From Burkholderiaceae bacterium (GTDB lineage Bacteria > Pseudomonadota > Gammaproteobacteria > Burkholderiales > Burkholderiaceae_C), in contig DATJYZ010000098.1 in the NCBI GenBank assembly GCA_035499355.1, positions 437 to 64,436 of the forward strand: a DNA stretch of 64,000 nt. Direction: 5' to 3'. The position numbers were made by a program, and so were the translations under genes. The notes below the pieces were generated by a model. That model saw nothing but the letters and a program-made list of their open reading frames with translations. It did no database searches and was not told the DNA's origin. Positions 34,397 to 43,410 of the stretch are shown here, in pieces (within the stretch, counting starts at the first letter, position 1; each line of letters begins with the position of its first letter).

Positions 34397-37246
34397 GTGA
34401 TTCGCCTTTCACACACTGATCCCTTCGACGACGCGCGCACCGCGATCGCGCGGCGCGTGCTCGTGGTGGCGACCGCGGTGTTCGGGCTGGCCGCGCTGTT
34501 GCTGGCGACCGGGCCATTCCCGATCGCCAACCGCACGGCGCTGACCAGCAGCTTCGGCGCGGCAGCGCTGCTGTCGCTGCTGGCGACACGCATTCGCGGC
34601 GCGGCGGTGCAGTGGGCGGCACTGGGCGTCAACGTGCTTGCGGTGACGCTGTTCGCGCTGTACGCGGCCTTCAGCGGCCTCGGGCTCAACGCGCCGGCGA
34701 TCGGTTTCATGACGCTGCTGCCGATGGCCATCTGCGCGGCCGTCGGCACGCGCTTCGGCGCCATCACGGCCGCGGCGAGTGCCGTGTTGTTGCTGGCGCT
34801 GGCCTGGGCCGAGCAGCGCGGCTCGATCGCCGGGGCCGCCCTGCTGCCCGACCTCGGCCTCGAGCGCCGGCTCTTCAATCACTTGCTGGTGCTCGGCGCC
34901 GGGCTGGCCTGCGGCGTGATGATCTCGCGGGTCCTGTTGCTGCACCGCCGCGCCAGCGAGGAGCGCGAGGCGCGCTTCGTGCACCTGCTCGGCATCGCGG
35001 TGGATACGTACTGGGAGATCGACGCCGCGTTGCAGTCCACCACCGTGTGGCGGCGCGGCCGCGACAACCGGTTTGCGCTGGTCGATCGCCGCTACCCGGC
35101 GCCGTGGGAGATGCCCGAGTGGCAGACCGATGCCGAGCTGTTCAAGGCGCACCGAGCCGACCTGGCGGCGCAGCGGCCGTTCCGCGACCTGCACACGCAA
35201 TGGCGGCGGCGCGACGGCAGCACACGCCACCAGCTGATCAGTGGCGAACCGCGCGTCGACGCCTTCGGCCGCTTCGCGGGTTACTGGGGGGTGGGCCGCG
35301 ACATCACCGAGCTGCACGACGCGCAGGAGGCGTTGCGTCGCTCGCAGACCACGCTGTCGCACCTGGTGGCGACCAGCCCCGATCTGATCACGCTGACCGA
35401 GTTCGACAGCGGCCGCTACGTGATGGTCAACGACACCTTCACGCGCTTCACCGGCTACACGCGCGAGCAGGCGGTCGGCCACACCGCGGTCGAGCTCGGC
35501 ATCTGGGTCGAGCCGCACGAGCGCGCGGCGTTCGTCGACGCGGTGCGCACCCGGGGCACCGTCAGCGACTGGCCGCAAGAGTTCGTCGCCCGCCATGGCG
35601 AGCGCTTCCAGCTCATGCTGTCGGCGGCCCAGTTCGACCTCGAGGGCAAGCGCTTCCTGGTGCTCAACGGACGCGACATCTCCGAGGTCGAGCGCACGCG
35701 GCTCGCGCACGAGGCGGTGCTGCAGAACGCATCGCTGGGCATCGCGTTCACGCGCGACCAGCACTTCGTGCAGGCCAACCCTGCCATCGAAGCCATGCTC
35801 GGCTGGGGCCGCGGCACGCTGGTCGGGCAGCCCGGCCGCGCGGTCTGGGCGGACGACGCCGAATACGCCGAGGTCGGCCGACTGATCGGCCCGCGTCTGG
35901 CCCTGGGCGAACCGGTGGAGCTCGTCCACGAGCTGACGCGCCGCGATGGCACGCGGTTCTGGTGCCGCATGCTGGCCAAGGCCGTCGACCCGTCGCACCC
36001 GATGCGCGGTGGCACGATCTGGATCGTCGAAGACATCACCGAACGGCGCCGCACGGACCAGGCGCTGGCCAAGGCGCGCGACGACGCCGAGGCGGCCAAC
36101 CGCGCCAAGAGCGCGTTCCTCGCCAACACCAGCCACGAGATCCGCACGCCGCTCAACGGTCTGGTCGGCCTGGCGCGCCTGGCGCGCAGGCCGGAGGTCG
36201 ACGAGGCACGGCGGCGCCAGTACCTCGAGCAGATCGGCGACAGCGCCGAGACCTTGACGGCGGTGATCTCCGACGTGCTCGACCTGTCGAAGATCGAGGC
36301 GGGCAAGCTGCTGATCGACCAGATCGCGTTCGACCTCGGTTCGCTGTTCGACTCGCTCGGCCGCGTCTACGGCACGCTGGCCGACGCGCGCGGGCTCGCC
36401 TACCGGCAGTCGGTCGATCCAGCGCTGCCGCGACGTGTCATGGGCGACCCGGTGCGCCTGCGCCAGATCCTGACCAACTACCTGAACAACGCGCTGAAGT
36501 TCACCCAGCGCGGCGACATCGCGCTGACGGCCACGGCGCCACGGCCGGGTTGGCTGCGCATCGAGGTGAGCGACACCGGCCCCGGCATCGAGCCCGACGT
36601 GCAGCGCCAGTTGTTCACCCCGTTCACGCAGGCCGACCAGTCGACCACGAGGCGTTTCGGCGGCAGTGGGCTCGGGCTGTCGATCTGTCGCGAGCTGGCC
36701 AGCCTGATGCGCGGCGGGGTCGGCGTCGACAGCACGCCGGGCCGCGGCAGCTGCTTCTGGGCCGAACTGCCTCTGGACGACGCGCTGACACACGCGCAGG
36801 ACACCGCGTTCGGCGACGACGGCCAACCCGACGCGCTCTGCGGCGCGCGCGTGCTGATGGCCGAGGACAACGCGGTCAACATGACGATCGCGGTGGCGAT
36901 GCTCGAGCAATGGGGCGCCATCGTGTCGCAGGCCGGCGACGGCGCGCAGGCGCTCGAGGCGGTGGCGCAGGCCGTGCGCGCGGGCACGCCGTTCGACGCC
37001 GTGCTGATGGACGTGCAGATGCCGGCGATGAGCGGCTACGAGGTCACCCGCCTGTTGCGCGAGCGGCACGACGCGCAGACGCTGCCGATCATCGCGTTGA
37101 CCGCCGCGGCGCTGACCTCCGAGCGCGAACTGGCGTTGGCGGCGGGCATGAACGACTTCCTGACCAAGCCGATCGATGCCCAGCGGCTGCGCGACACCTT
37201 GGTGGCCACGCTCGACGCGCGGCGCGCGCGCCAGACCGCCGAGTAG
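34397..37246 (+). CDS. hybrid sensor histidine kinase (multi-TM N-terminus, PAS repeats, HisKA, HATPase, C-terminal REC)
   Basis: 949 aa with a GTG start. It has a hydrophobic N-terminus of about 190 aa and three PAS-like blocks. The H-box is FLANTSHEIRTPLN, the G-boxes are DTGPGI and GGSGLGLSI, and the REC is VLMDVQMPAMSG...TKP. Confidence 0.9.
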   Translation: MIRLSHTDPFDDARTAIARRVLVVATAVFGLAALLLATGPFPIANRTALTSSFGAAALLSLLATRIRGAAVQWAALGVNVLAVTLFALYAAFSGLGLNAPAIGFMTLLPMAICAAVGTRFGAITAAASAVLLLALAWAEQRGSIAGAALLPDLGLERRLFNHLLVLGAGLACGVMISRVLLLHRRASEEREARFVHLLGIAVDTYWEIDAALQSTTVWRRGRDNRFALVDRRYPAPWEMPEWQTDAELFKAHRADLAAQRPFRDLHTQWRRRDGSTRHQLISGEPRVDAFGRFAGYWGVGRDITELHDAQEALRRSQTTLSHLVATSPDLITLTEFDSGRYVMVNDTFTRFTGYTREQAVGHTAVELGIWVEPHERAAFVDAVRTRGTVSDWPQEFVARHGERFQLMLSAAQFDLEGKRFLVLNGRDISEVERTRLAHEAVLQNASLGIAFTRDQHFVQANPAIEAMLGWGRGTLVGQPGRAVWADDAEYAEVGRLIGPRLALGEPVELVHELTRRDGTRFWCRMLAKAVDPSHPMRGGTIWIVEDITERRRTDQALAKARDDAEAANRAKSAFLANTSHEIRTPLNGLVGLARLARRPEVDEARRRQYLEQIGDSAETLTAVISDVLDLSKIEAGKLLIDQIAFDLGSLFDSLGRVYGTLADARGLAYRQSVDPALPRRVMGDPVRLRQILTNYLNNALKFTQRGDIALTATAPRPGWLRIEVSDTGPGIEPDVQRQLFTPFTQADQSTTRRFGGSGLGLSICRELASLMRGGVGVDSTPGRGSCFWAELPLDDALTHAQDTAFGDDGQPDALCGARVLMAEDNAVNMTIAVAMLEQWGAIVSQAGDGAQALEAVAQAVRAGTPFDAVLMDVQMPAMSGYEVTRLLRERHDAQTLPIIALTAAALTSERELALAAGMNDFLTKPIDAQRLRDTLVATLDARRARQTAE

Positions 37247-37258
37247 CCCTTGGCGCTC

Positions 37259-37969
37259 ATGCAGCCGGATCCGCCGGTTCCCGACGACGCGCGAGCACCT
37301 GAGGGACGTCGGGGCGTGCGCAGCTACGTTCTGCGCGCTGGACGAATGGGCCCGGGTCAGCAACGCGCGCTTCAGGACTTGGCGCCGCGCTACGTGCTGC
37401 CGTTCCAACCACGGCCGCTCGATGTGACCGCCGCGTTCGGCCGCGATGCGCCGCTGATCCTGGAGATCGGCTTCGGCATGGGCGATGCCACCGCACAGAT
37501 CGCCGCGGCGACGCCGCACCTGAACTTCCTGGGCGTCGAGGTGCATCCGCCCGGGGTCGGCGCGCTGCTGCAGCGGATCGACACGTCGGGGCTCTGCAAC
37601 GTGCGCATCGTGCAGCACGACGCGGTCGCCGTGCTCGCCGAGATGCTGGTGCCGGACTCGCTGGCCGGCGCGTTCGTGTTCTTTCCGGATCCGTGGCCGA
37701 AGAAGCGCCACCACAAGCGGCGCCTGATCCAACCACCGCTGGTGGCCCTGCTGGCATCACGACTGGCTCGCGGTGCCACGCTGCACCTGGCCACCGACTG
37801 GGAGCCGTATGCCCGGCAGATGCTGCACGTGCTGAGCGCGGAGCCGGCGCTCGTCAACGGCGCAGCCGGGTTCGCGCCGCGCCCCGCTTACCGGCCGATC
37901 ACCAAGTTCGAGCGCCGCGGCGAGCGCCTGGGCCACGCCAGCTTCGACCTGGTGTTCCGCAAGCGCTGA
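37259..37969 (+). CDS. trmB: tRNA (guanine46-N7)-methyltransferase
   Basis: [26 protein letters not shown] and [15 protein letters not shown] motifs are present. I prefer ATG 37259 over TTG 37250. Confidence 0.9.
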   Translation: MQPDPPVPDDARAPEGRRGVRSYVLRAGRMGPGQQRALQDLAPRYVLPFQPRPLDVTAAFGRDAPLILEIGFGMGDATAQIAAATPHLNFLGVEVHPPGVGALLQRIDTSGLCNVRIVQHDAVAVLAEMLVPDSLAGAFVFFPDPWPKKRHHKRRLIQPPLVALLASRLARGATLHLATDWEPYARQMLHVLSAEPALVNGAAGFAPRPAYRPITKFERRGERLGHASFDLVFRKR

Positions 37970-37976
37970 GCGCGGC

Positions 37977-38798
37977 TCAGTCGACCCAATGCACCACGCC
38001 GCTCCAGGCGGTGAGCAGCACGACCACGCCGAACGCGATGCGGTACCAGGCGAAGGGCACGAAGCTGTGGCTCGCGATGTAGCGCAGCAGCCAGCGCACG
38101 CAGAGGAACGCCGAGACGAACGACGTCAGCATGCCGACGCCCCACATGCCGAGGTCGCTGCCCGCGAGCAGCGCGCGCTCCTTCCACAGCGAATAGGCGC
38201 CCGCCAGCACCAGCGTGGGAATGGCGAGAAAGAACGTGAACTCGGTGGCGGCGCGGCGCGACAGGCCGAACAGCATGCCGCCGATGATCGTGGCGCCCGA
38301 GCGGCTGGTGCCGGGGATCAGCGCGAACGCCTGCGCGATGCCGACCTTCAGCGCGTCGAGAGGCGTCATGTCGTCGACCTCGGCCACGCGCACGCGGTGC
38401 TCGCGCCGCTCGGCCCACAGGATGATCAGGCCGCCGAGGATGAAGGTAGTGGCCACCGTCGGCGCGTTGAACAGGTGGGCCTTCAAGACCTTGCCGAAGG
38501 CCAGCCCGAGCAGCGCCAGCGGCATGAAGGCGATCGCCACGTTGAGCAGCAGCCGGCGCGCCTTCTCGTCGCGACCCGCATTGGCGAGCACGAAGCCGAG
38601 GCGCGTCCGGTACTCCCAGACCACGGCCACGATCGCGGCGGACTGGATGACGATCTCGAACAGCTTGCCGCGCTCGTCGTTGAAGTCGAGCAGGGCCCCG
38701 GCGAGGATCAGATGCCCGGTCGACGACACCGGGAGGAACTCGGTCAAGCCTTCGACGACACCCATCACCGCGGCTTTGGCCAGCAACACCCAATCCAA
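37977..38798 (-). CDS. uppP: undecaprenyl-diphosphate phosphatase
   Basis: [17 protein letters not shown] and [10 protein letters not shown] motifs are present. The TTG start has GGGAGGA 5 nt upstream. Confidence 0.92.
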   Translation of the reverse strand: MDWVLLAKAAVMGVVEGLTEFLPVSSTGHLILAGALLDFNDERGKLFEIVIQSAAIVAVVWEYRTRLGFVLANAGRDEKARRLLLNVAIAFMPLALLGLAFGKVLKAHLFNAPTVATTFILGGLIILWAERREHRVRVAEVDDMTPLDALKVGIAQAFALIPGTSRSGATIIGGMLFGLSRRAATEFTFFLAIPTLVLAGAYSLWKERALLAGSDLGMWGVGMLTSFVSAFLCVRWLLRYIASHSFVPFAWYRIAFGVVVLLTAWSGVVHWVD

Positions 38799-38957
38799 AT
38801 CGTCCTCCCGCTATTTGGCGCGGCCGATGATACGGGCCGCTTCCTGTCGCCTGGTTGAACCACCCGTGGCGTCGACGCCCGACGACTGCGCACCCTGGCC
38901 TGGCCGATATGCGCACCGAGCCGGTGCGGTTGACCCTGGCGACAAGGCTCGATTACA

Positions 38958-38979
38958 TTACTGACCCGTTGGTCATTAA
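38958..38979. promoter_or_regulatory. AT-rich inverted repeat, candidate TetR operator
   Basis: TTACTGACC-cgtt-GGTCATTAA matches at 8 of 9 positions. It ends 2 nt before the tetR-family ATG and is conspicuously AT-rich in a GC-rich genome. Confidence 0.35.
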
Positions 38980-38981
38980 CA

Positions 38982-39662
38982 ATGAGCGCCTTCCTCGCAC
39001 CCACCCGACGACGCCAGAAGGAGGCGCGGCCTCAGCAGCTGCTCGACGCCGCGCTGGTGCTGTTCGTCGAGAAGGGCTTCGCCGCCACGCGCGCCGAAGA
39101 GGTGGCGCAACGCGCCGGCGTGTCCAAGGGCACGCTGTACCTCTACTACCCGAGCAAAGAGGAACTGTTGAAGGCGGTGATCCGCGAGCATCTGTCGACC
39201 CGTATCGCGGCCGGCGCCGCCGAGGCCGAGCGACACCGCGGGTCGGCGGCCGAGCTGCTGCGCGAAGTGTTGAGCCGCTGGTGGCTCGAGGTGCTGGACA
39301 GCCCGACGTCGGGCGTGTTCAAGCTCATCATCACCGAGGTGCGCAACTTCCCCGACCTCGCCGAGTTCTACAACCGTGAGGTGGTGCAACCGGGTGAGCA
39401 ATTGATCTCACGCGTCGTGCAGCGCGGCATCGACAGCGGCGAGTTCGACGACATCGACGTCTCGGTGGTGGTGCACTCGCTGGTGCTGCCGATGGTGATG
39501 CTGTGCATGCACAAGCATTCGCTGGGTGCCTGCCCGGGGCACCATGAGGATTTCGATGCCCCAGCCTTCGTGCGCGCGCACATCGACCTGGTGATCCGCG
39601 GGTTGGCGCGGCCCGCCGGCGCCTCGCCCTCGCCCTCGACACGCCGCGGCCGCGCGCACTGA
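38982..39662 (+). CDS. TetR/AcrR family transcriptional regulator
   Basis: The N-terminal HTH reads ...QLLDAALVLFVEKGFAATRAEEVAQRAGVSKGTLYLYYPSKEELL. Confidence 0.85.
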   Translation: MSAFLAPTRRRQKEARPQQLLDAALVLFVEKGFAATRAEEVAQRAGVSKGTLYLYYPSKEELLKAVIREHLSTRIAAGAAEAERHRGSAAELLREVLSRWWLEVLDSPTSGVFKLIITEVRNFPDLAEFYNREVVQPGEQLISRVVQRGIDSGEFDDIDVSVVVHSLVLPMVMLCMHKHSLGACPGHHEDFDAPAFVRAHIDLVIRGLARPAGASPSPSTRRGRAH

Positions 39663-39705
39663 CGCGCCCGTAAAATTTGCCGTTTGCGTCCGGACATCGA
39701 CCGAC

Positions 39706-40359
39706 ATGAACCTCGAACTCGCGCGCTTCAACATGATCGAGCAGCAGATCCGGCCGTGGAACGTGCTCGATCCCGCGGTGCTCAACCTGCTGGCGGTGGT
39801 TCGCCGCGAGGACTTCGTGCCCAGCGCCTATCGCGCGCTGGCCTTCGTCGACACCGAGGTGCCGCTGCCCGAGGGGCAATGTATGCTGGCGCCGAAGGTC
39901 GAGGCGCGGTTGCTGCAGGAGGCCGGCGTGCAACGGCACGAGCGCGTGCTCGAGGTCGGCGCGGGGTCCGCTTTCATGGCGGCGCTGCTCGCGCACCGTG
40001 CGCGCTCGGTGCTCTCGCTCGAGGTGCATCCGAGCCTGGCCAAGATGGCCGCGGCCAATCTGCAGCGCGCCGGCATCGCCAACTGCAAGGTGCGGGTGCT
40101 CGACGGCTCGCGCGGCATGCCCGACGAAGCGCCCTTCGACGTCATCATGCTGTCGGGTTCCACCAGTTCGGTGCCGCAGGTGCTGCTCGACCAGCTCGCG
40201 CCGGGGGGGCGGTTGATGGCCATCGTCGGCGACGAGCCGGTGATGCGGGCGGTGCGCGTGCAACGGCTGGCGGCATCGAGCTTCGAGACCCGAGATCTGT
40301 TCGACACGGTGGCCCCGCGCCTGCGCGGCTTCGACGAGCCGAGCCGCTTCCATTTCTGA
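39706..40359 (+). CDS. protein-L-isoaspartate O-methyltransferase-like protein
   Basis: 217 aa with SAM motif VLEVGAGSAFMAA and overall PIMT-like organisation. It sits upstream of tolC, as I recall for other proteobacteria. Confidence 0.75.
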   Translation: MNLELARFNMIEQQIRPWNVLDPAVLNLLAVVRREDFVPSAYRALAFVDTEVPLPEGQCMLAPKVEARLLQEAGVQRHERVLEVGAGSAFMAALLAHRARSVLSLEVHPSLAKMAAANLQRAGIANCKVRVLDGSRGMPDEAPFDVIMLSGSTSSVPQVLLDQLAPGGRLMAIVGDEPVMRAVRVQRLAASSFETRDLFDTVAPRLRGFDEPSRFHF

Positions 40360-40545
40360 CCACGAGGTGACCGCAGCGCGCCGGGACGCGGCTGTTTCGA
40401 CCACTCATCGGCGCCAGCCGACCGGCCGGTGCCGTCAATCGGCGATGCATCGCAAAGGCGTTGCCGCCGCCGCGGCCGCCGGCCTACAAACCCGGCTGCC
40501 GATTCGAGCCCCTGTTTCGCCAACGCCCCACCGAGGACGCCCCGT

Positions 40546-41928
40546 ATGACCTTCGCGCCGCCGCGCCCGAGTTCGCACCTTGTCCGTCGCTGCCTGCTGG
40601 CGCTCACCGGCGCACTGGCGTTCGCGCCGACGTGGGTGTGTGCGCAGAACCTGCGTGAGCTCTACGACGCGGCGCGCGCCTACGACGCCACCTACCTGGC
40701 GGCGCGTGCGCTGGCCGATTCCTCGCAATACCGTCTGGCCCAGGTCGAGGCCCTCAATCGGCCCAACGTGGGCCTGCTGGCGAACGCCGCGCGCACCGAC
40801 GTCAACGTGCCGAGCACGGTCGCCGGCATCAATCGAGTGCCCGTCCCGGGCACCGACGGCCATTTCTACAACAACCGCGTCGACGCCGCTGTCAGTGCGA
40901 CGCAGCCGCTCTACAACCGCAGCAACGACGCCACCATCAATCAGGCGCAGCGCGCCTACGAGGCCGCGCAGGCCGACCTCGAAAGCGCCGAGCAGGACCT
41001 GATCATTCGGGTTGCGCAGGCCTACTTCGACGTGCTGGCCGCCTACGATGCGCTGGTCACCTCGCAGACCGGGAAGGCGGCGATCGCGGAGCAGCTCGCG
41101 TCGGCCAAGCGCAACTTCGAGGTCGGCACTGCCACCATCACCGACACGCGCGAGGCGCAGGCCCGGTTCGACCTCTCCACCGCCGCGGAGATCGCCGCCG
41201 AGAACGACCTGCGCACCAAGCGCGTCGCGCTCGATCAGCTGGTCGGCCGCACCAACGTGGTCCCGAAGCCGCTGGCCGAGCCGGTGACGCTGCCCGGGCC
41301 GATGCCCGATGACATCAACGCCTGGGTCGACACCGCCGATCGCGTGCATCCGCAGATTCGCAAGGCGCGACTCGGCCTCGAAATCGCCCGCCTGGAGACC
41401 GAGCGCGCGCGGGCGGCCGAAGGGGTGACGGTCGACCTGATCGGCTCGGTCGGCGCCAACCGCACCACCGGCACCGCGACCACCGCGCCGGGCAGTACCG
41501 CCAACTCGCTGATCGGCCTGCAGCTGAAGCTCCCGCTGTACACCGGAGGCGCGACGCAGAACCGCATCAAGGAAACCCTGTCGCTCGAAGACAAGTCGCG
41601 CAACGACCTCGAGGCTGCGCGCCGCGGCGTCGCGCAAGGCACGCGCACGGCGTTCCTCGGCCTGAAGTCCGGGCGCGCGCAGGTCAGCGCGCTCGAGGCC
41701 GCCGAGTCGTCGAGCAAGCTCGCGCTCGAGGCCACGCAGCTGGGCTACAAGGTCGGCGTGCGCGTCAACATCGACGTGCTGAACGCGCAGACGCAGCTCA
41801 ACCTCACGCAGCGCGACCTGGCGCGCGCCCGTTACGACGTCGTCGTCAACGGCCTGCGGCTGCGCCAGGCCGCGGGCGAACTGCAGCCCGGCGACGTCGA
41901 CAACGTCAACGCGTTGCTGGCACGCTAG
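40546..41928 (+). CDS. tolC: TolC family outer membrane channel
   Basis: The signal ends ...APTWVCAQ. The mature N-terminus is NLRELYDAARAYDATY, and two OEP repeats are present. GAGGA lies 9 nt before ATG 40546. Confidence 0.85.
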   Translation: MTFAPPRPSSHLVRRCLLALTGALAFAPTWVCAQNLRELYDAARAYDATYLAARALADSSQYRLAQVEALNRPNVGLLANAARTDVNVPSTVAGINRVPVPGTDGHFYNNRVDAAVSATQPLYNRSNDATINQAQRAYEAAQADLESAEQDLIIRVAQAYFDVLAAYDALVTSQTGKAAIAEQLASAKRNFEVGTATITDTREAQARFDLSTAAEIAAENDLRTKRVALDQLVGRTNVVPKPLAEPVTLPGPMPDDINAWVDTADRVHPQIRKARLGLEIARLETERARAAEGVTVDLIGSVGANRTTGTATTAPGSTANSLIGLQLKLPLYTGGATQNRIKETLSLEDKSRNDLEAARRGVAQGTRTAFLGLKSGRAQVSALEAAESSSKLALEATQLGYKVGVRVNIDVLNAQTQLNLTQRDLARARYDVVVNGLRLRQAAGELQPGDVDNVNALLAR

Positions 41929-42016
41929 AGCGGCCGACCGCGGCTTTACGCATCTTTTCGCGCGCCGTCGAGCTCGCGCAACCACGCGGCGTCGTTGCGC
42001 GACCATACTGTCGCGC

Positions 42017-43402
42017 ATGTCGTCTCTGCCGGCTGCGATCGCCGCTCACCGCTTCGGGCTGGGCGAGCCCGACCTCGGCGTCGTCGGCGCCGATGCGCAG
42101 GGCTGGCTGCTGGCGCAGATCGGCGCGGCCGATCCGCAGCGCGGCACGGGCCTGCCCAGCGCGGCCGACGGCCTGCGCGCGCACGATGCCTATCTGCGCA
42201 CGCTGCGGCAGATGCGCGCCGATGGCGATGCGATGACCAGCAAGCCCATCGAACAGCAGTTCGTCGAACACTTCCGCGAGTTGGTGCAGGCCGACATCGC
42301 TGCGCGGTTGTCGACGGCCGCCACCACGCAACGCCCGTTCACCGAGCGGCTGGCCCTGTTCTGGTCCAACCACTTCACGGTGTCGATCGCCAAGGGTGCC
42401 TCGCGCGGACTGGCGGGCGCCTTCGAGCGCGAGGCGATCCGGCCCCACATCGCGGGCAATTTCGAGCAGTTGCTCGGCGCGTCGACGAGGCACGCAGCGA
42501 TGCTGCGCTACCTCGACAACGCGCTTTCTGCCGGGCCGCACTCGCGCGCCGTCGAGCGCCTGGCGCGCGTGCAGCAGCGCGACGGCGTCGTGCCGCGCAT
42601 CACCGGGCTCAACGAGAACCTGGCGCGCGAGGTGCTCGAGCTGCACACGCTCGGCGTCGACGGCGGCTACACGCAGGCCGACGTCACCGCATTCGCCGCC
42701 GTGCTCACCGGCTGGCGCGCCCCGCGCCTGCCGCGCGGCGACGAGGCGAGCTTCTTCGATGCAGCGTGGCACGAACCGGGTGCGAAGACGGTGCTCGGCA
42801 AGCGCTACGCCGAAGGCCCGCAGGCGCTCGCCGATGTGTTGCACGATCTGACGCGCCACCCCGCGACCGCGCGCTTCATCGCCACCAAACTGGCGCGCCA
42901 TTTCGTGGCCGACGACCCGCCGCCGGTGCTGGTCGATCGCCTGGCCAAGGCCTTCTCCGACAGCGGCGGAGACCTGCCGACGGTGTACCGCGAACTCGTG
43001 CGCGCACCGGAAGGGTGGCAGGCGTCCGCGACCAAGCTCAAGACGCCCGAGGAACTGGTGGTTTCCAGTGCGCGGGTGTTGCGCGTCGGCGAAGCCATGG
43101 TCGCGCGCGGCCGCGACGGCGGCGTCACGCTGATGGGCCAACGCGTGCAGGCAGCGCCCTCGCCCGCCGGCTGGCCCGACCGTGCCGAGGAATGGCTCGG
43201 CCCCGAGGCCGTGTGGAAGCGGCTGGAATGGGCCACGCGCGTCGGAGACCGGCTCGGCCGGCAGCTCGATGCGCGCACGCTCGCCGGGCGCGCCCTCGGC
43301 CCTGCGCTGAGCGACAACGCCCGCCTGCAGATCGAGCGCGCGGCCGATGGTCCGCAGGCGCTGGCGCTGTTGCTCATGGCCCCTGAGTTTCAACGCCGTT
43401 AG
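42017..43402 (+). CDS. DUF1800 family protein
   Basis: 461 aa. FWSNHFTV and LNENLAREVLELHTLGVDGGYTQ are signatures I associate with DUF1800. Confidence 0.75.
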   Translation: MSSLPAAIAAHRFGLGEPDLGVVGADAQGWLLAQIGAADPQRGTGLPSAADGLRAHDAYLRTLRQMRADGDAMTSKPIEQQFVEHFRELVQADIAARLSTAATTQRPFTERLALFWSNHFTVSIAKGASRGLAGAFEREAIRPHIAGNFEQLLGASTRHAAMLRYLDNALSAGPHSRAVERLARVQQRDGVVPRITGLNENLAREVLELHTLGVDGGYTQADVTAFAAVLTGWRAPRLPRGDEASFFDAAWHEPGAKTVLGKRYAEGPQALADVLHDLTRHPATARFIATKLARHFVADDPPPVLVDRLAKAFSDSGGDLPTVYRELVRAPEGWQASATKLKTPEELVVSSARVLRVGEAMVARGRDGGVTLMGQRVQAAPSPAGWPDRAEEWLGPEAVWKRLEWATRVGDRLGRQLDARTLAGRALGPALSDNARLQIERAADGPQALALLLMAPEFQRR

Positions 43403-43410
43403 GAATCGCG

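Noticed and set aside
37262-37278. Additional REP-like copies suggested by AGCCGGATCCGCC (trmB 5' end) and TTCCGGATCCGCG (about 17539..17551).
   Set aside because: Only about 13 nt of similarity is present, and the flanking hairpin modules are missing. The first lies inside coding sequence. These are probably chance matches in GC-rich DNA.
34409-37732. A 1107-aa minus-strand ORF opposite the hybrid histidine kinase and trmB.
   Set aside because: It is antisense to two genes with clear catalytic motifs, and it has no recognisable domains.
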